Positions 42,138-55,739 of a stretch of 64,000 nucleotides of DNA are shown here, piece after piece; the first letter of the stretch is position 1, and each line of letters starts with the position of its first letter. Origin of the DNA: Octopus vulgaris (Eukaryota). Location of the stretch: assembly GCA_951406725.2 (NCBI GenBank), contig CATOCA020000001.1:11842001-11906000 (forward strand). Reading direction: 5' to 3'. The notes below the pieces were generated by a model. The model worked only from the letters and a program-made list of their open reading frames with translations, did not search any database and was not told the origin of the DNA. Both the position numbers and the translations under genes were made by a program.

Positions 42138-42245
42138 AATGTGAGGTATATTTGCCATCTCAATATGGCTAAGCACTAAGGGTGGGTGTTACTGTAGCTT
42201 ATAGCTACAGTAAGCCATATTGAGATGGCAAATATACCTCACATT
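42138..42245. repeat. Fold-back: 33-bp perfect outer arms enclosing an 11-bp inner hairpin
   Basis: 42138-42170 pairs with 42213-42245; ttactgtagct-tat-agctacagtaa at 42189-42213. Confidence 0.92.
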
Positions 42246-42406
42246 ATTATTGTCATTGTTTACATTTAATCTATATGATTCTTACTATCACTCATCGAGA
42301 TACACCCAGCGTCCTAGGGTGAGTGAAGGATAAGAGACCTCACAGTACGACTGAAATATAGTTGGTGTTGCTATTGTTGTTGCTGTTATTATTGTTTAGT
42401 ACTTAC

Positions 42407-42439
42407 CTATACATTTTTCATTGATCTTTTGGAATTCTT
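42407..42439 (-). CDS. Candidate 33-nt phase 1-1 exon (xEFQKINEKCI) upstream of the EGF array
   Basis: ctttctttttatgttggctgcatag| ...AAA TGT ATA G|gtaagt; ends Cys-x-G like the EGF exons. Confidence 0.35.
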   Translation of the reverse strand, partial: KNSKRSMKNV

Positions 42440-42460
42440 CTATGCAGCCAACATAAAAAG

Positions 42461-42619
42461 AAAGGTGTGGCGAAAGAGTATAGCAGGGATCGCCACCACC
42501 CTCTCCCAGAGATCGTGGAGATTTTCAATAAACACTCACAACGCCCGGTCTGGGAATCGAAACCACGATCCTACGACCGCGAGTCCGCTGCCCTAACCAC
42601 TGGGCCATTGCGCCTCCAC
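42461..42619 (-). mobile_element. tRNA-derived SINE, family 3
   Basis: Head ggcgcaatggcccagtggttagggcagcggactcgcggtcgtaggatcgtggtttcgattccc has A and B boxes and continues into a non-tRNA body. Confidence 0.7.
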
Positions 42620-43240
42620 ATTGTTCATATATAGTGATAGAAAATGAAAGTGTTGGGTGCATGTCTCCTTTCTTCTTTCTTCTGTTCCCTGGCATCTTCG
42701 ATGTATTGTCAGCGAGTGTCAGCCGTTGACTGACTGTCTTGTCAAATTTATCCCTCTAAATACTTGCCGCTAGGCTCCAGCAGGCAGCCCCAGCAAGTTC
42801 TCACGTGACACTGTCTCACCTTAACTGACTAGTGAAGGCGCGTAGCTTCAGCCCGCACTTTTTCTAAACGACCGTCACCTGTCAGTCAGCGAAGCTGATT
42901 CAGTCAGCTTGTCCCACCTAATGATGTTATTTCCCGTCGGCGTGTTTATGACTTTCAAGCCATTGAAAGAGAAAATGTCATCTGGCTAAATATCCCCTTT
43001 AATTGTGCGATCTCGACGAATGTGTACAGTAAATTCATGTCTATATTAGAATAAAATTTTCCAACCTCTCATAAATATCATAAAATAATTTCCAAAAAAT
43101 CAGTGAGAATTTCATATTCCACTCTCCCAAATATGGCTACCATAATAGTAAAAACATTAAGTTAGCCAGGAGTAGAATGAATAGTAACAACAATGATAGT
43201 AATAATAATAGTAAAAATAGCAATAATAATAATAATGATC

Positions 43241-43280
<40 letters not shown>

Positions 43281-43351
43281 TAATAATAATAATTATAATT
43301 ATTATTATTATTATAATAATGGTGATAACAATAATATTAATATTGATGATG

Positions 43352-43426
<75 letters not shown>

Positions 43427-43599
43427 TTGGTGTAAATAGTGATAATAGCAATATCAATAATATAGGTGGTATAGATAAAAGTATGGTAGGTGATAATAAT
43501 GAGGATGGATTAATAATTAGTAACCCTACTTTGCATAACAACGTAATTACTAATAGTGAAAATAATACTAATGCTAACAATAATTTAAATAACATTAAT

Positions 43600-44060
43600 G
43601 GAAGTGAACTGTCCTTCAATAATTCCAGTACCGGACACTATCCGCCCAGTCGTAGTTGTAGGATTAGATCAAAATGTCCGGTGTCTGGCCGTCGTTCGGT
43701 CCAAAACGTGATTTGTAAATGCACGATAATAACGTCAAACAATAGCTTTCTGTATTTCGGTTGTTCGGTAGATTTAAAAAAACATCTTAACAATCATTTT
43801 TACTCTTTTAGGCTCAAACATAAGGCACAACATTATCTAGTAAAATTTGGGAACTAAAAACAAATAATATAGAATTCAACCTAAAATGGGATATAGTTAG
43901 AAGAGCGCAACCTTATAGGAATAGTAGGGATGGTTGTCAACTTTGTTCTATGGAAACTTATGAAATGTTGGAACATCAGAGTAATACAAATCTGTTGAAT
44001 AACCGTTTGGAGCTGGGAGCATCTTGTATACATCGTACGACCCGAACGTTTGAATACTTT
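43600..44060 (+). pseudogene. Penelope-like (Naiad-type) GIY-YIG endonuclease remnant
   Basis: SCRIRSKCPVSG...VICKC...YFGCS...NNHFYSFR / TTLSSKIWELK...KWDIVRRAQPY...CQLC...LLNNRLELGASCIH; one frameshift. Confidence 0.75.
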
Positions 44061-44224
44061 AAATAATAATTTTGTGAATATTCCTATATTTTTCAAATTT
44101 TAATTCTTTACAACCAAATAAGTAGGAATATACCATACTAGCTTTCAATTTAATGTTTATAGAGAACTAAAATAACTTCACTGCAAACTTAAAATTAAAT
44201 TCTTCTTTTTCTAAAATTAAACTG

Positions 44225-44298
44225 TATGAATCTAAATAGTTGGAATCCTAAATAGCATGAATCCCAAATAGTAGGAATACTAAATAGTATGAATCCTA
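44225..44298. repeat. Short ~16-bp minisatellite (gaatcctaaatagtag-like, ~5 copies)
   Basis: Read directly. Confidence 0.75.
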
Positions 44299-45426
44299 TG
44301 TCCCTAAAGAAACTACTCAGTTCACCTTGATTATATCACTTCCATTTCTTAATATATAATTAGTCTAAGATATCTTTACAAAATATATTTAACCAAATAG
44401 GAAAGAATATACTATACTGGTTTTAGTTTAACACCCATAAATGATTAAAAAACTTCATTGCAAACTTAGAATTAAATTCTCCTTTGATTTATAATGTTCT
44501 CCAATACTGTTGTGATTATATGCATAGGGTTTGTAAGGTCTCTGCATTCTCTGGGAATGTTATTGTGACCATTTGACATTGACCTAGTTCTCCAAACGCC
44601 GAATCTGTTCATCAAATAGTAGTAATTGGCATTTAGTTGTGACAATGCTGTCTTCCACACAAATTCCTTGTATGGAGCTATGACATCCCCTTTACCCCAT
44701 TTCTATAATTAGAAAACCTTTATTCTCTCCTCTCACTTGTTTTTCATTCGCAGTAGTCTGGAGCAATTGAATCTTAGTCAGTCAGTTGATGAGCTCCTCA
44801 AATGTTCTTAAAATTTAAATCCACATCTTTGTTTATGTATCTACCTTCCCTATAATAATGCCACTTGATATGAAAATTTTTGTATTAATGGAAAACCTCT
44901 AAAATTTGCTAATGAGTACTCGGCATTTTAATTCTGTTGTAATACTTACAACATTTAATAAAATGATGTAGTACGAAACGATCGTACCAAATTACCGGAG
45001 TCATTCTTGTTGCTTATTTTGATTATAATCACCCCACGGATTTTATGGATAACGCCATATAGAATTCTGGTGCATCTAAATTAAGTACCATATTCATTTG
45101 AATCTAAATTTTTGCTGAACTTATATATATACATACATACTCAGTTTTACACATTTATGCATACAAACATATATGTACATACATTCATACATACATACTG
45201 ACTATCCGTTTCGATAGAAATGGTGTCACTACTGGCTTAAGACTATTCGCTACAAAACCATTAAGGCCCTCCTTGACGAATAGCAAACCATCTTCCGGTA
45301 GCCATCTCGGACACCCTGGATCTCTCCTTGGGCATTCCAGAAGACCCTAGGAGAGGGAGTCTCGTTAGGGGGCCTCATAAGCTTGACTATCTATATAAAT
45401 TTTTGCACACACACATACGCGCGCGT

Positions 45427-45483
<57 letters not shown>

Positions 45484-45574
45484 CGCACACACACAAATAA
45501 GCACGTAAACAAACTGGAAAGTATATTCTTTTCTAGTCTAAGCACAAGGCCCGAAATCTTTTTGTGAGGGGATC

Positions 45575-45731
45575 GCCCTCAGCATGCAACTGGTATTCAA
45601 TTTATCGACCCCCGAAAGAATGAAAGGCAAAGTCCACCTCGGCGGAATTTGAGCTCAGAACGTAGCGGCAGACGAAACACCGCTAAGCATTTCGCCCGGC
45701 TTGCTAACGTTTCTGCCAGCTCGTTGCCTTA
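45575..45731 (-). mobile_element. SINE of the satellite-forming family
   Basis: tttatcgacccccgaaagaatgaaaggcaaagtccacctcggcggaatttgagctcagaac...ctgccagctcg. Confidence 0.8.
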
Positions 45732-45824
45732 GTGGGAGAGAATATTACTGGAATACCGAAGTAGAAAGATATGCCTTTTTATTAAAGCTGCACTTCCTGT
45801 GATGTTTTATAGGTTCAATAAAAA

Positions 45825-45865
<41 letters not shown>

Positions 45866-45933
45866 TATATATAAATCTATATATAATATATATATATATA
45901 TAAATATATATATATATAAATATATATATATAC

Positions 45934-45966
<33 letters not shown>

Positions 45967-46160
45967 GATATAGATATATAGATATATATACATATATATA
46001 CACACACACATATATATATATATATGTATATATATATAAATATATATATAAATCTATATATAATATATATATATATAAATATATATACATATATATACAT
46101 ATATATATAGATATAGATATATAGATATATATGCATATATATACACACACATATATATAC

Positions 46161-46201
<41 letters not shown>

Positions 46202-46218
46202 TATATATATATACATAC

Positions 46219-46260
<42 letters not shown>
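45825..46260. repeat. Degenerate (AT)n tract with internal duplication
   Basis: Read directly. Confidence 0.9.
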
Positions 46261-46266
<6 letters not shown>

Positions 46267-46481
46267 CTATATTACGTGTGTATCATTCTGGCAATGTTTG
46301 TGCATCTGCTATCGTTCCACATGCGAGGTTGCTCCTTTTTATTTTTTGTCTCCTTAACTTAACAGTTCTGCAAAAATGGTGGGGTGAATAAATACTTGGC
46401 TTATAAAATGCTGGGATCGATTTCTGAGACTAAAAAGCCTATAAGATGGCACTCCAGCATGACCATGCAAAATAGTAAATC

Positions 46482-46895
46482 AGGCGCAGGAGTGGCTGTG
46501 TGGTAAGTAGCTTGCTTACCAACCACATGGTTTCAGGTTCAGTTCCACTGCTTGGCACCTTGGGCAAGTATCTTCTGCGATAGACTCGGGCCGACCAAAG
46601 CCTTGTGAGTGGATCTGGGAGATGGAAACTGAAAGAAGCCCGTCGTATATATGTATATGTATATATATATGTGTGTTTGTGTGTCTGTGTTTGTCCCCCC
46701 AACATCGCTTGACAACCGATGCTAGTGTGTTTACGTCCCGGTCACTTTGCGGTTCGGCCAAAGAGACCGATAGAATAATTACTAGGCTTACAAAGAATAA
46801 GTCCTGGGGTCGATTTGCTCGAGTAAAGGCGGTGCTCCAGCATGACCGCAGCCAAATGACTGAAACAAGTAAAAAAGTAAAAGAGAGTAAAGAGT
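46482..46895 (+). mobile_element. Full-length tRNA-derived SINE, family 2
   Basis: ggcgcaggagtggctgtgtggtaag...ggcggtgctccagcatgaccgcag...agtaaaagagagtaaagagtaa tail. Confidence 0.85.
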
Positions 46896-47075
46896 AATAC
46901 TCAACCACAGACACACACACACACACATACACACACACACACTCGCACACATATCATAGTAGAAGAGGACGAAAATAAGGTTACCGTAGTATCTAAGGTA
47001 TTGTGGATGGCGTTATTCAATAATTTACTTTGTATAAAAATGAATAAATACCAGAAGGTTCGGCTTCGTACTTAC

Positions 47076-47156
47076 ACGTATCTTGAACGCGATCTAAGCC
47101 ACCCACACGACCGTTTTTTGTAGCTCACGGTTTTAAAACACCCCCATGGACATTTT
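47076..47156 (-). CDS. Candidate 81-nt Cys/Trp-rich exon [26 protein letters not shown] (phase 2-2)
   Basis: Acceptor cctatttttctcctttcag and donor gtaagt; only one frame is open; length is a multiple of 3; sequence is unique in this window. Confidence 0.6.
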
Positions 47157-47237
47157 CTGAAAGGAGAAAAATAGGACATATATTTCTTTATAAATACATA
47201 AGCTTATACACTCATGCATACGTACATAGACCTATCC

Positions 47238-48273
<1,036 letters not shown>

Positions 48274-48275
48274 GA

Positions 48276-48578
48276 CTAGCAGTATCGCCCGGCGTTGCTC
48301 GGGTTTGTAAGGAAAATAACTATATAAGTATTTTTAGAGAGTTACTTCCCTTATATAAACCGAGCAACAAATGCATTAAAAAAAAACGAAAAATGATGGT
48401 AATTTTTTACCATCGTAGACTCATCGTAGACGAGCGCTAATACCCAGAAGGGCTCGATATGAATCACGACTATAAGATACCCGCTCTTGGTTAAACTGCA
48501 CCGCAAAATGTGGGAGTAGTTAGGAATCTAATTCGGAGGAGACAGACTCTCACACAACTTCAGTTTTATATATAAAGA
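48276..48578 (-). mobile_element. Complete non-autonomous Helitron (~300 bp)
   Basis: Minus strand A|TCTTTATATATAAAACTG...CCCGAGCAACGCCGGG (hairpin) ...CTAG|T. Confidence 0.85.
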
Positions 48579-49026
48579 TTTTTGTGGTTATAGAACCAAG
48601 CTGTTCTTTCTAGCATGTAGAATCCCTATAAGTAGATTCCTTATGTGTTTAAATATACACTATATCGTGTGACTAATATATAGTCATTTTGACTAAATTT
48701 TTTTAGACGTTAGACTACTGGAAATGTAAAATTTAATTAAATGTTTTTAATTTTAATTAAATTCCATTTCTCTTTGATATGATTATATATATATACAAAG
48801 CTATATATATATATATATATATACATAACATAATATGTGACAATTATTTTGTCGTTATAATAAAACTCAGAGATTTGGATGTCGAGGCGGAAGTCTGCTC
48901 CGGCATCTCGTCAGTAATTAAAACGAACAAAAATGCTATGAAAATGACCATTGAATAAAGGGAAATTATTATAAAGACGACCGTTATTAAGACAAACAAA
49001 AGAGCTATGAGAATGACCGTTAAATA

Positions 49027-49230
49027 TCTATATATATAAAGCTGAAGTTGCCTGTGTATATGCCAGGTTTAGTAGACTTCAACTAACACTATCTCCTCCG
49101 AGACCCTGCGGCGCAAGTTGACCAAAATTGAGAGTATGAGAGAAGAAGGCTTGCTCTTCATTCCCTAGAACAAGAAGTTGAAATCGGACCATGTTAACAC
49201 CAAAAATTAATTTACATAAAAAAGTGCTTT
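49027..49230 (+). mobile_element. Helitron 5' end fragment
   Basis: A|TCTATATATATAAAGCTGAAGTTG resembles the 48578 terminus. Confidence 0.6.
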
Positions 49231-49329
49231 CATAGAACCATTGCCAAATAGAACGGAGGAAAGGCGAATTTATCCGGTCTTACATCAAAACACTGGATTA
49301 CATAATTGAAAATTATTGTGGCAAGGCTG

Positions 49330-50395
49330 ATGAGTATGAAGAGGTCTAAAAAGAGAAGGAAGCCGGAAGTCTCTGTGATCCAGGGGTTCCTCAGGAAAAT
49401 GAATCACCTACCCCGGGGAACGACCAGGTAGTGAAGGATAGGGGAGCCAAGGGAGCAGAAACCGGGAGCCCCCCCCCCTGTACCAGTGGTCCTACAAAGA
49501 AATGAACAATTAGAAAAACAGAAGAAAAAAGGAAGGACCGAAAACAAAAATAAGGAGGGAAAAGGAGGAAAAGGCAAAACAACCAAAGCTGAAATCCCAA
49601 CCCACCACACAAACAGCAGAGAACCCCATGGAGGATCCAATGCCCCCCAGTATACACTTCAGGAAAGAAGAAATCTAGAAGGCACCGAAGAACCTGTAAA
49701 TTCTACCTGCGGGGCAAATGTTGGCATGGTGAGGACGGCAAAAACTGCCGGTTCGCCAACCCGACACCCCACCAGAACTTCAGGGGACTCAAAGAGAAAA
49801 GCTTTACCGAGGGAACACAAAAAATGTCTCCCAGGAAAACTTTCAAAAACGAAGTGCACTCCTCAGATGTTCTGCGCAACGCAGCAGCTGAGCAAGAGTC
49901 TTTTTTATGCATGGCGCAAAGAATTGTCCGGCAGCTAACCTGGCTACACCAAGCACAGAGAAGGAACCCTGCCCACCACTATGCAAGACCACCAAAGTCA
50001 ACAGACACGGGATGGCTTCCCTAACGCCTGCACAGCCGCCACCCCAATACTTTTACTAAATATTGCGGGCCTGTTGCATCAAAATAGAAACAAAATTTCT
50101 TTCCTGAGAGATCTTACTGCATGCAATCAAGCCCTATGCATAGCACTTGTGGAAACTCACCTCAACCCTGATATAGAGGACGCAGAAGTACACATACCAA
50201 ACTATGCCATACTGCTAACAGACAGAAGGGAAAGGAGCCATGGTGGAGTTGCTGTATAAATCCAAGATGACCTCACACCCCAGGTCTTAATGACATACTC
50301 AAATTCGGTATGTGACAGTTTAATTGTATACGTAAGACAACATAATATAGTCATATGCAATACATATTGCCCACCGAATGCCCCAAAGTTAATAG
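49330..50395 (+). mobile_element. CR1-type LINE 5' region: degenerate ORF1 (Cys/His finger) and start of APE endonuclease
   Basis: CKFYLRGKCWHG..GKNCRF; ILLLNIAGL...IALVETHL...IPNY...DRRERSHGGVAV. Confidence 0.75.
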
Positions 50396-50836
50396 ATGAT
50401 ATGTATCGGGAAAATCTCGGGACCAGCTGATGCCAGTTTCGTCATTAGAACTGGAACAATCTGCTTCAGTAGTAATCAATATAACAGTAGCAGACACTAC
50501 TGAAGAAGGTTCACAGTCACAAGACCTGCCCAGGGAGAGACCACCGATAGACTATATATGCACGACTCGTATATAATTATTTCCGTTGGATTCGACTCTC
50601 GGAAACATTGAACAACTAATGGTATTTGCATACGCATACCGGCATTAATGTTTAAACTACACGAAATTTTACAATTTTAAAGTTTATGCTCTTAAAACTT
50701 TATATTTACATGTATGTGCAGCTTGTTGACAAGCATTTCTTATTAGCTTTGACGTCAAAATTTTGCAGTTTATCACTGAGCAATCCCCAAACCTTACAAA
50801 TTTGAATACGAGTAAGAATATGTAATAAGCATGCAA

Positions 50837-50892
<56 letters not shown>

Positions 50893-51566
50893 AGATATGT
50901 AAAATTCCACAAATGCGGATAATACAAAATATGTGTTGAATACATGAGACTCCAGAATCAGGTTTATACGACCAGAATGTACACACAAAAATGTGTACAT
51001 TTTTTTACAAGTGTATACACATACGTCTATACACATGTGTGTGTGTGTGCTTTTTGTATGCATGTATACGTATGTGGATGCGTGTGTATGTACAGAAAAG
51101 CCACATAATGACATAGACTGAAACAAAATATGTGCACTAACCCATGATTATACACACAAAATATTGATTATATTTATAGAAATATTATTGTTTTCCAATC
51201 AGCGACATTTGTTTTACATTCGAACTGCGCCGTATTTATATTTTGGTCTACGATGAATATTTGCATAATAAATGTCTAAATTAAATTACAGAATTTCATG
51301 TTCAATAGTTAGCTCAATAAACGCCAGTAGTTTCGTCGTAAACATCATTATTTAGCCTCAAAAGGCAATTCATGACTACACATTTAGTGAATATATGGTC
51401 CTTAAGTAGGAGGTGCCCTTATTTTATGAGATGGAAATCTGTCTTTTATGGTGCTCCTGATTTTTATCCTATTTAGAACTACAAATAACTATCCAGTGCT
51501 AAATACGCGCTCTCGTAGATATACTCCCACTCTGATAAAAGACTAACCCTGAAATATATTTATGGT

Positions 51567-52620
51567 AATAACAAAGAATGTTATCAAGGGGCCATGCCTG
51601 CGATTATGTTGAAAAAGTAGATTTGTCTCGCTTTGTGACAAATAAATTCGTGAAATGAAAACCCATTCTTCTTAACTGTTGCCAGTAAATATTTCTGCTG
51701 TATAAAGAAGATGGTTGCACTCTTCTATAATTGTTGCTCATGTTCTATTTAGTAAACTCTTCAGGGGTCTGAGGTTTCGTTCTCACATTATAATACTCCA
51801 AACGTTCATCACCAGAATATGAGGTGGAATTCCACGTGGATTTTGTTCATTTAACAACTCCACTGGAAAATCTATAGCTCATCTTCCTCATTCAAATGAT
51901 CATCATCTTGATCATGAAAATCCTCACAATCCCCTCCACCTCATCATCTTCGTTATCATCGTCATCAATATCTGCATCCTCGTCGCTGCATCAACATCTT
52001 CATCGTAGTCATCTTCACTGTTGTCATCGTCGTCGTAGTCTTTTTCCTAGTTGTCGTCATCGTCATCAACAATTATCGAATCATTGATTTTATATATTTT
52101 CTTGATAGACCCGGTATATGAGCTGCAGAATATCATTGTTAAGTTTCAATGTTTCACAAACTTTCGAAGTCAGCACAATCAGGTAGATTCCCAATGTAAG
52201 TTATATAAATCAAAAGAGGCAGTTTGTTCATCATTGATGATGTTAACTGAATTTACAATAAATAAAGTTGACTACATCACCGACAATCATTGCTTATGGT
52301 ATGGCAAGCATACAATCATTAAGCCCAGCATTGTAAGTGAAAATAACATTTCTAATATTCAAGATACAAATATGAAATCCTTCTTGCTCGCATTTCCCAT
52401 TTTTACTGGAAGATGAAGAATTTTCACATATCTCTATAATGGCCAACTCTTCGTGCAGTATTTTTATATTAACATTGCTGAATCTTCGAATTGCATTAGC
52501 TGTCTTGTGAAAGTCATCTCCAAATATCAAAAGCTTTTCATTAAATAGATGACCATTTTACATAATTTCCTTTAGAAGTTTCATCGTTAATACGAAATGT
52601 GTTACTTGATAAGGTAGAGG
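51567..52620 (-). pseudogene. Degenerate Helitron Pif1-helicase remnant with acidic low-complexity insert
   Basis: LLIFGDDFHKT...RR; AIDFPVELLNEQNPRGIPPHIL...RNLRP...EIFTG...WVFISRIYL aligns by eye with the 56638 ORF. Confidence 0.75.
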
Positions 52621-52684
52621 ATTTATCAACAATGAATGGTGGGTTAGTATTTTATCCTCGGTGCAAAGTTGGTCTTACCTTAAG

Positions 52685-53030
52685 CAGGTAATTGACTTTA
52701 CAATCCCAAATGATGAGAAAATCAATATGGAAACTATACAGAAAATAGCAAAGTACCAGGGTCTAGCCATTCAGTTATAGAGGCAAGGAAATGTGTGGAT
52801 AAAATGTATCCCTGTAGCTATAAGTGCATTACGAATTATCCCTAAGGGTTTCACAAAGAAATAGAAAAACTAGGCGTAAAACCTACTTTAGTGCAGCTCC
52901 AGGAAACCGTGTTATTAGGGACAGCTAGGATACTTAGGAAGGTTTTTCGCATATAAGGTTACTTGCTGTAGCCCGATGTTAGGAACTTTTCTTGTTCCAG
53001 TTTAATCTGTTGTGCGTAGAGGAAATAATA
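52685..53030 (+). mobile_element. Degenerate RLE-LINE 3' end
   Basis: VIDFTIP...KIAKYQGLAIQL...LQETVLLGTARILRKV. Confidence 0.7.
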
Positions 53031-53176
53031 ATCCTTACTTCTAAATACAAATAGGCTGTTTTTTTCCTAATTTTGGTGGTGGGGACTAGATGATTACATC
53101 GACCCCAGTGTTTAACTGGTACATAATTTATCAACCCCGAAAGGATCAAATGTAAAATCGATTTCGCCGGTCTTAA

Positions 53177-53260
<84 letters not shown>

Positions 53261-53262
53261 TA

Positions 53263-55218
53263 AAATTATACCACTCTAATGGAGTACTTGCCTCAGAAAA
53301 CAAATTATACCACTCTAATGGAGTACTTGCCTCAGAAAATATAAACATCAACTGTGGAATTTTTCAAGGTGACTCACTTTCACCTTTAATATTCTGCATA
53401 GCCCTAATACCCCTTACAAGTGAATTAAACAGAACAGGGTATGGGTATAAAATTGCCAATAAAAAAATAAGCCATCTATTTTATATGGATGACTTAAAAC
53501 TTTATGGTAAAGACAATAATGAACTTGAAGGCCTATTGCGCACCGTGAAAACATTCAGCGATGACATCGGGATGGAGTTTGGACTTGAGAAGTGTGCCAA
53601 GGCCACTTTCCAGAAAGGGAAAGTGAAGACCACAAATTCAGTCGTGTTAGATGTTGACACAGTCATAAGAGAGCTTGAGCAAGAACAAACATACAAATAT
53701 TTAGGGATAAATGAAGGCTCTGGTATTCAGCATGCAAGCATGAAAGAGAAAATCAGGAAGGAATGTTATAGGAGAGTTCGTGCAGTCCTGAAATCTGAAC
53801 TAAATGCACGTAACAAGGTGTTAGCTATAAATTCCTTAGCAGTTCCAGTTGTTACTTATAGCTACAATGTGTTGAACTGGAATATGAGTGAAGTAAAGAA
53901 TATAGATAGAAAAATACGCAAGCTGCTGAGTTGTAATAGGATGCACCACCCAAAGGCAGACGTAGATCGCCTTTACCTTCCCAGAGCCGAAGGAGGTCGA
54001 GGCCTGATCCAATTTGAACTAGCTTACAAAACAACCACAATTGGACTGGCCAAATATCTCGAAATATCGAATGACTGGATGCTAAAGCTCCTGGAAAATC
54101 ACGAGAGACGAAAGAAGCTTCATTCTATCATCAAGGAAAGCAAAAAATTTGCTATTGATCTCGTGCAGAATACCCAAACTGAACAACCCGAGGGAAGTAC
54201 GGCAACTATTGTTGCAAAGAAGGTGAAAATGATGGCAATGAAAAAAGCGCACGAGCAATTGGCTGATAGGTGGGAGGAGAAACCTCTGCACGGCAAATAT
54301 GTGACCCGCAGCAAACAAGCTGATGTTGACCAGAAGCAAACCCATCAGTGGCTACGGAGCTCAGGGCTAAAAGCAGAGAGCGAAGGTTTCATCCTGGCTG
54401 CTCAAGATCAAAGCCTATTAACCCGGAACTACCAGGCCAATGTGATGAAAAATGGAGCAGACCCAAAATGCCGATTCTGCAACGACATGATTGAAACAGT
54501 GGACCACCTAATCTCTGGATGTAAAGTCTTAGCACCAGTGGAGTATAAATTAAGACATGACAGAGTTGGCCAATATCTCCACTGGCTAATAAGTCGGCAT
54601 TACAATATCAAAACTGCCGACAAGTTGTATAATCACCACCCTGAGGCTGTAACTGAAGGAGAAAATGTAACCATTCTGTGGGACTTTCCAGTACATACAG
54701 ACCGAACCATCAAGGCCAATAAACCAGATATTGTTGTGAAAGACCAAAACAATAAAGTTTGCTTATTGATCGACATGAGCATCCCCTGTGATCATAATAT
54801 CTCAGCGAAAGAGTTTGACAAGCTCAGAAAATATAAAGACCTACTCATTGAAATTGAGAAAATGTGGCATCTCAAGGCGGTTACAATACCAGTGATCGTA
54901 GGAGCACTAGGAATGATCAAGAAGGGAACCGAAAATTATATGAGAATGATCCCTGGCTTACCATCCCTGCAAGAAGTGCAAAAGATTGTCTTAACTGGTA
55001 CATCACACGTATTGAGAAGAGCATTGTCGATGTGAGAACTGTTGCTGCTCATGTATTTTAATTTTAATTTAACTTAAAAAAAAAAAAAAAAAAAAATTAA
55101 CGAACTACTGAGTTTGGTTTAATGGCCTGCCAATATACACTATGAGTTTCTTTGCCCTAGGAGTCGGGAAGACACTCGGCAAGAAATGGAAGAAAATTTG
55201 AAAGAAGAAAAAAAAAAG
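53263..55218 (+). mobile_element. R4/Dong-type LINE (family A), 5'-truncated, intact frame, flanked by (TAA)n
   Basis: ORF 53485..55035 (frame open further upstream through GIFQGDSLSPL): YMDD, CRFC..H..C, RHD, KPDI..D..K; 39-bp tandem duplication at the 5' junction. Confidence 0.95.
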
Positions 55219-55250
<32 letters not shown>

Positions 55251-55391
55251 TGAACTAAAGGTACAAAGCCTGAAATTTCGGGGCTGAGGATATATTAATA
55301 TATCAATCGTAATGCAAGGCATCTATTTTCATTGCTACATCAAAATTGTGACATATGAAAAGAACGGAGTGAGAAAAAATTAGAGACTTAC

Positions 55392-55532
55392 CTAAGAAAA
55401 AAGGCAATATTCGGTAAAAAAATATTTACTCTGATGGTTTGCGTTCGCTACTTTTAATAAAAATTGAGAAATTAAAGTAATGCATTCAATTTTATAGCAC
55501 AGTCAAGCAGGATCTAACTTCTGTCAACCAAT
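55392..55532 (-). promoter_or_regulatory. Candidate core promoter and non-coding first exon (alternatively a recursive splice site)
   Basis: TATAAAA at 55496-55490; Inr TCAATT with A at 55465, 31 nt downstream; CCAAT at 55528-55532; AG|GTAAGT at 55392/55391. Confidence 0.5.
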
Positions 55533-55695
55533 GAAATTTACGAATCATTTTTATGAGTCGTATACATTTTTAATTGCTTTTCTCAATCGATTTCACCTCT
55601 CACCACATCTCTTTTGACACAACGCCTTATATATGCTTCTTTTCATGCATACATACATACATACATACATACATGCATACATATATATATATACA

Positions 55696-55739
<44 letters not shown>

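Noticed and set aside
42540-42619. tRNA gene
   Set aside because: A and B boxes are present but the acceptor stem does not pair, and the sequence continues into a SINE body.
42644-42733. Plus-strand MKVLGACLLSSFFCSLASS signal-peptide-like ORF
   Set aside because: Only 29 codons, on the opposite strand to the EGF gene, with no convincing donor.
44472-44930. Minus-strand ORF MWKTALSQLNANYYY... as a host exon
   Set aside because: The upstream continuation has stops and no clear acceptor; more likely a decayed element next to the PLE remnant, though not identified.
44960-44990. GAAACGATCGTA as another hammerhead
   Set aside because: No recognisable CUGANGA core or stems I and II.
48840-49025. 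Minus-strand hydrophobic frame MVIFIAFLFVLITDE as the missing signal-peptide exon
   Set aside because: Part of a short tandem duplication beside a Helitron end, with no good splice sites.
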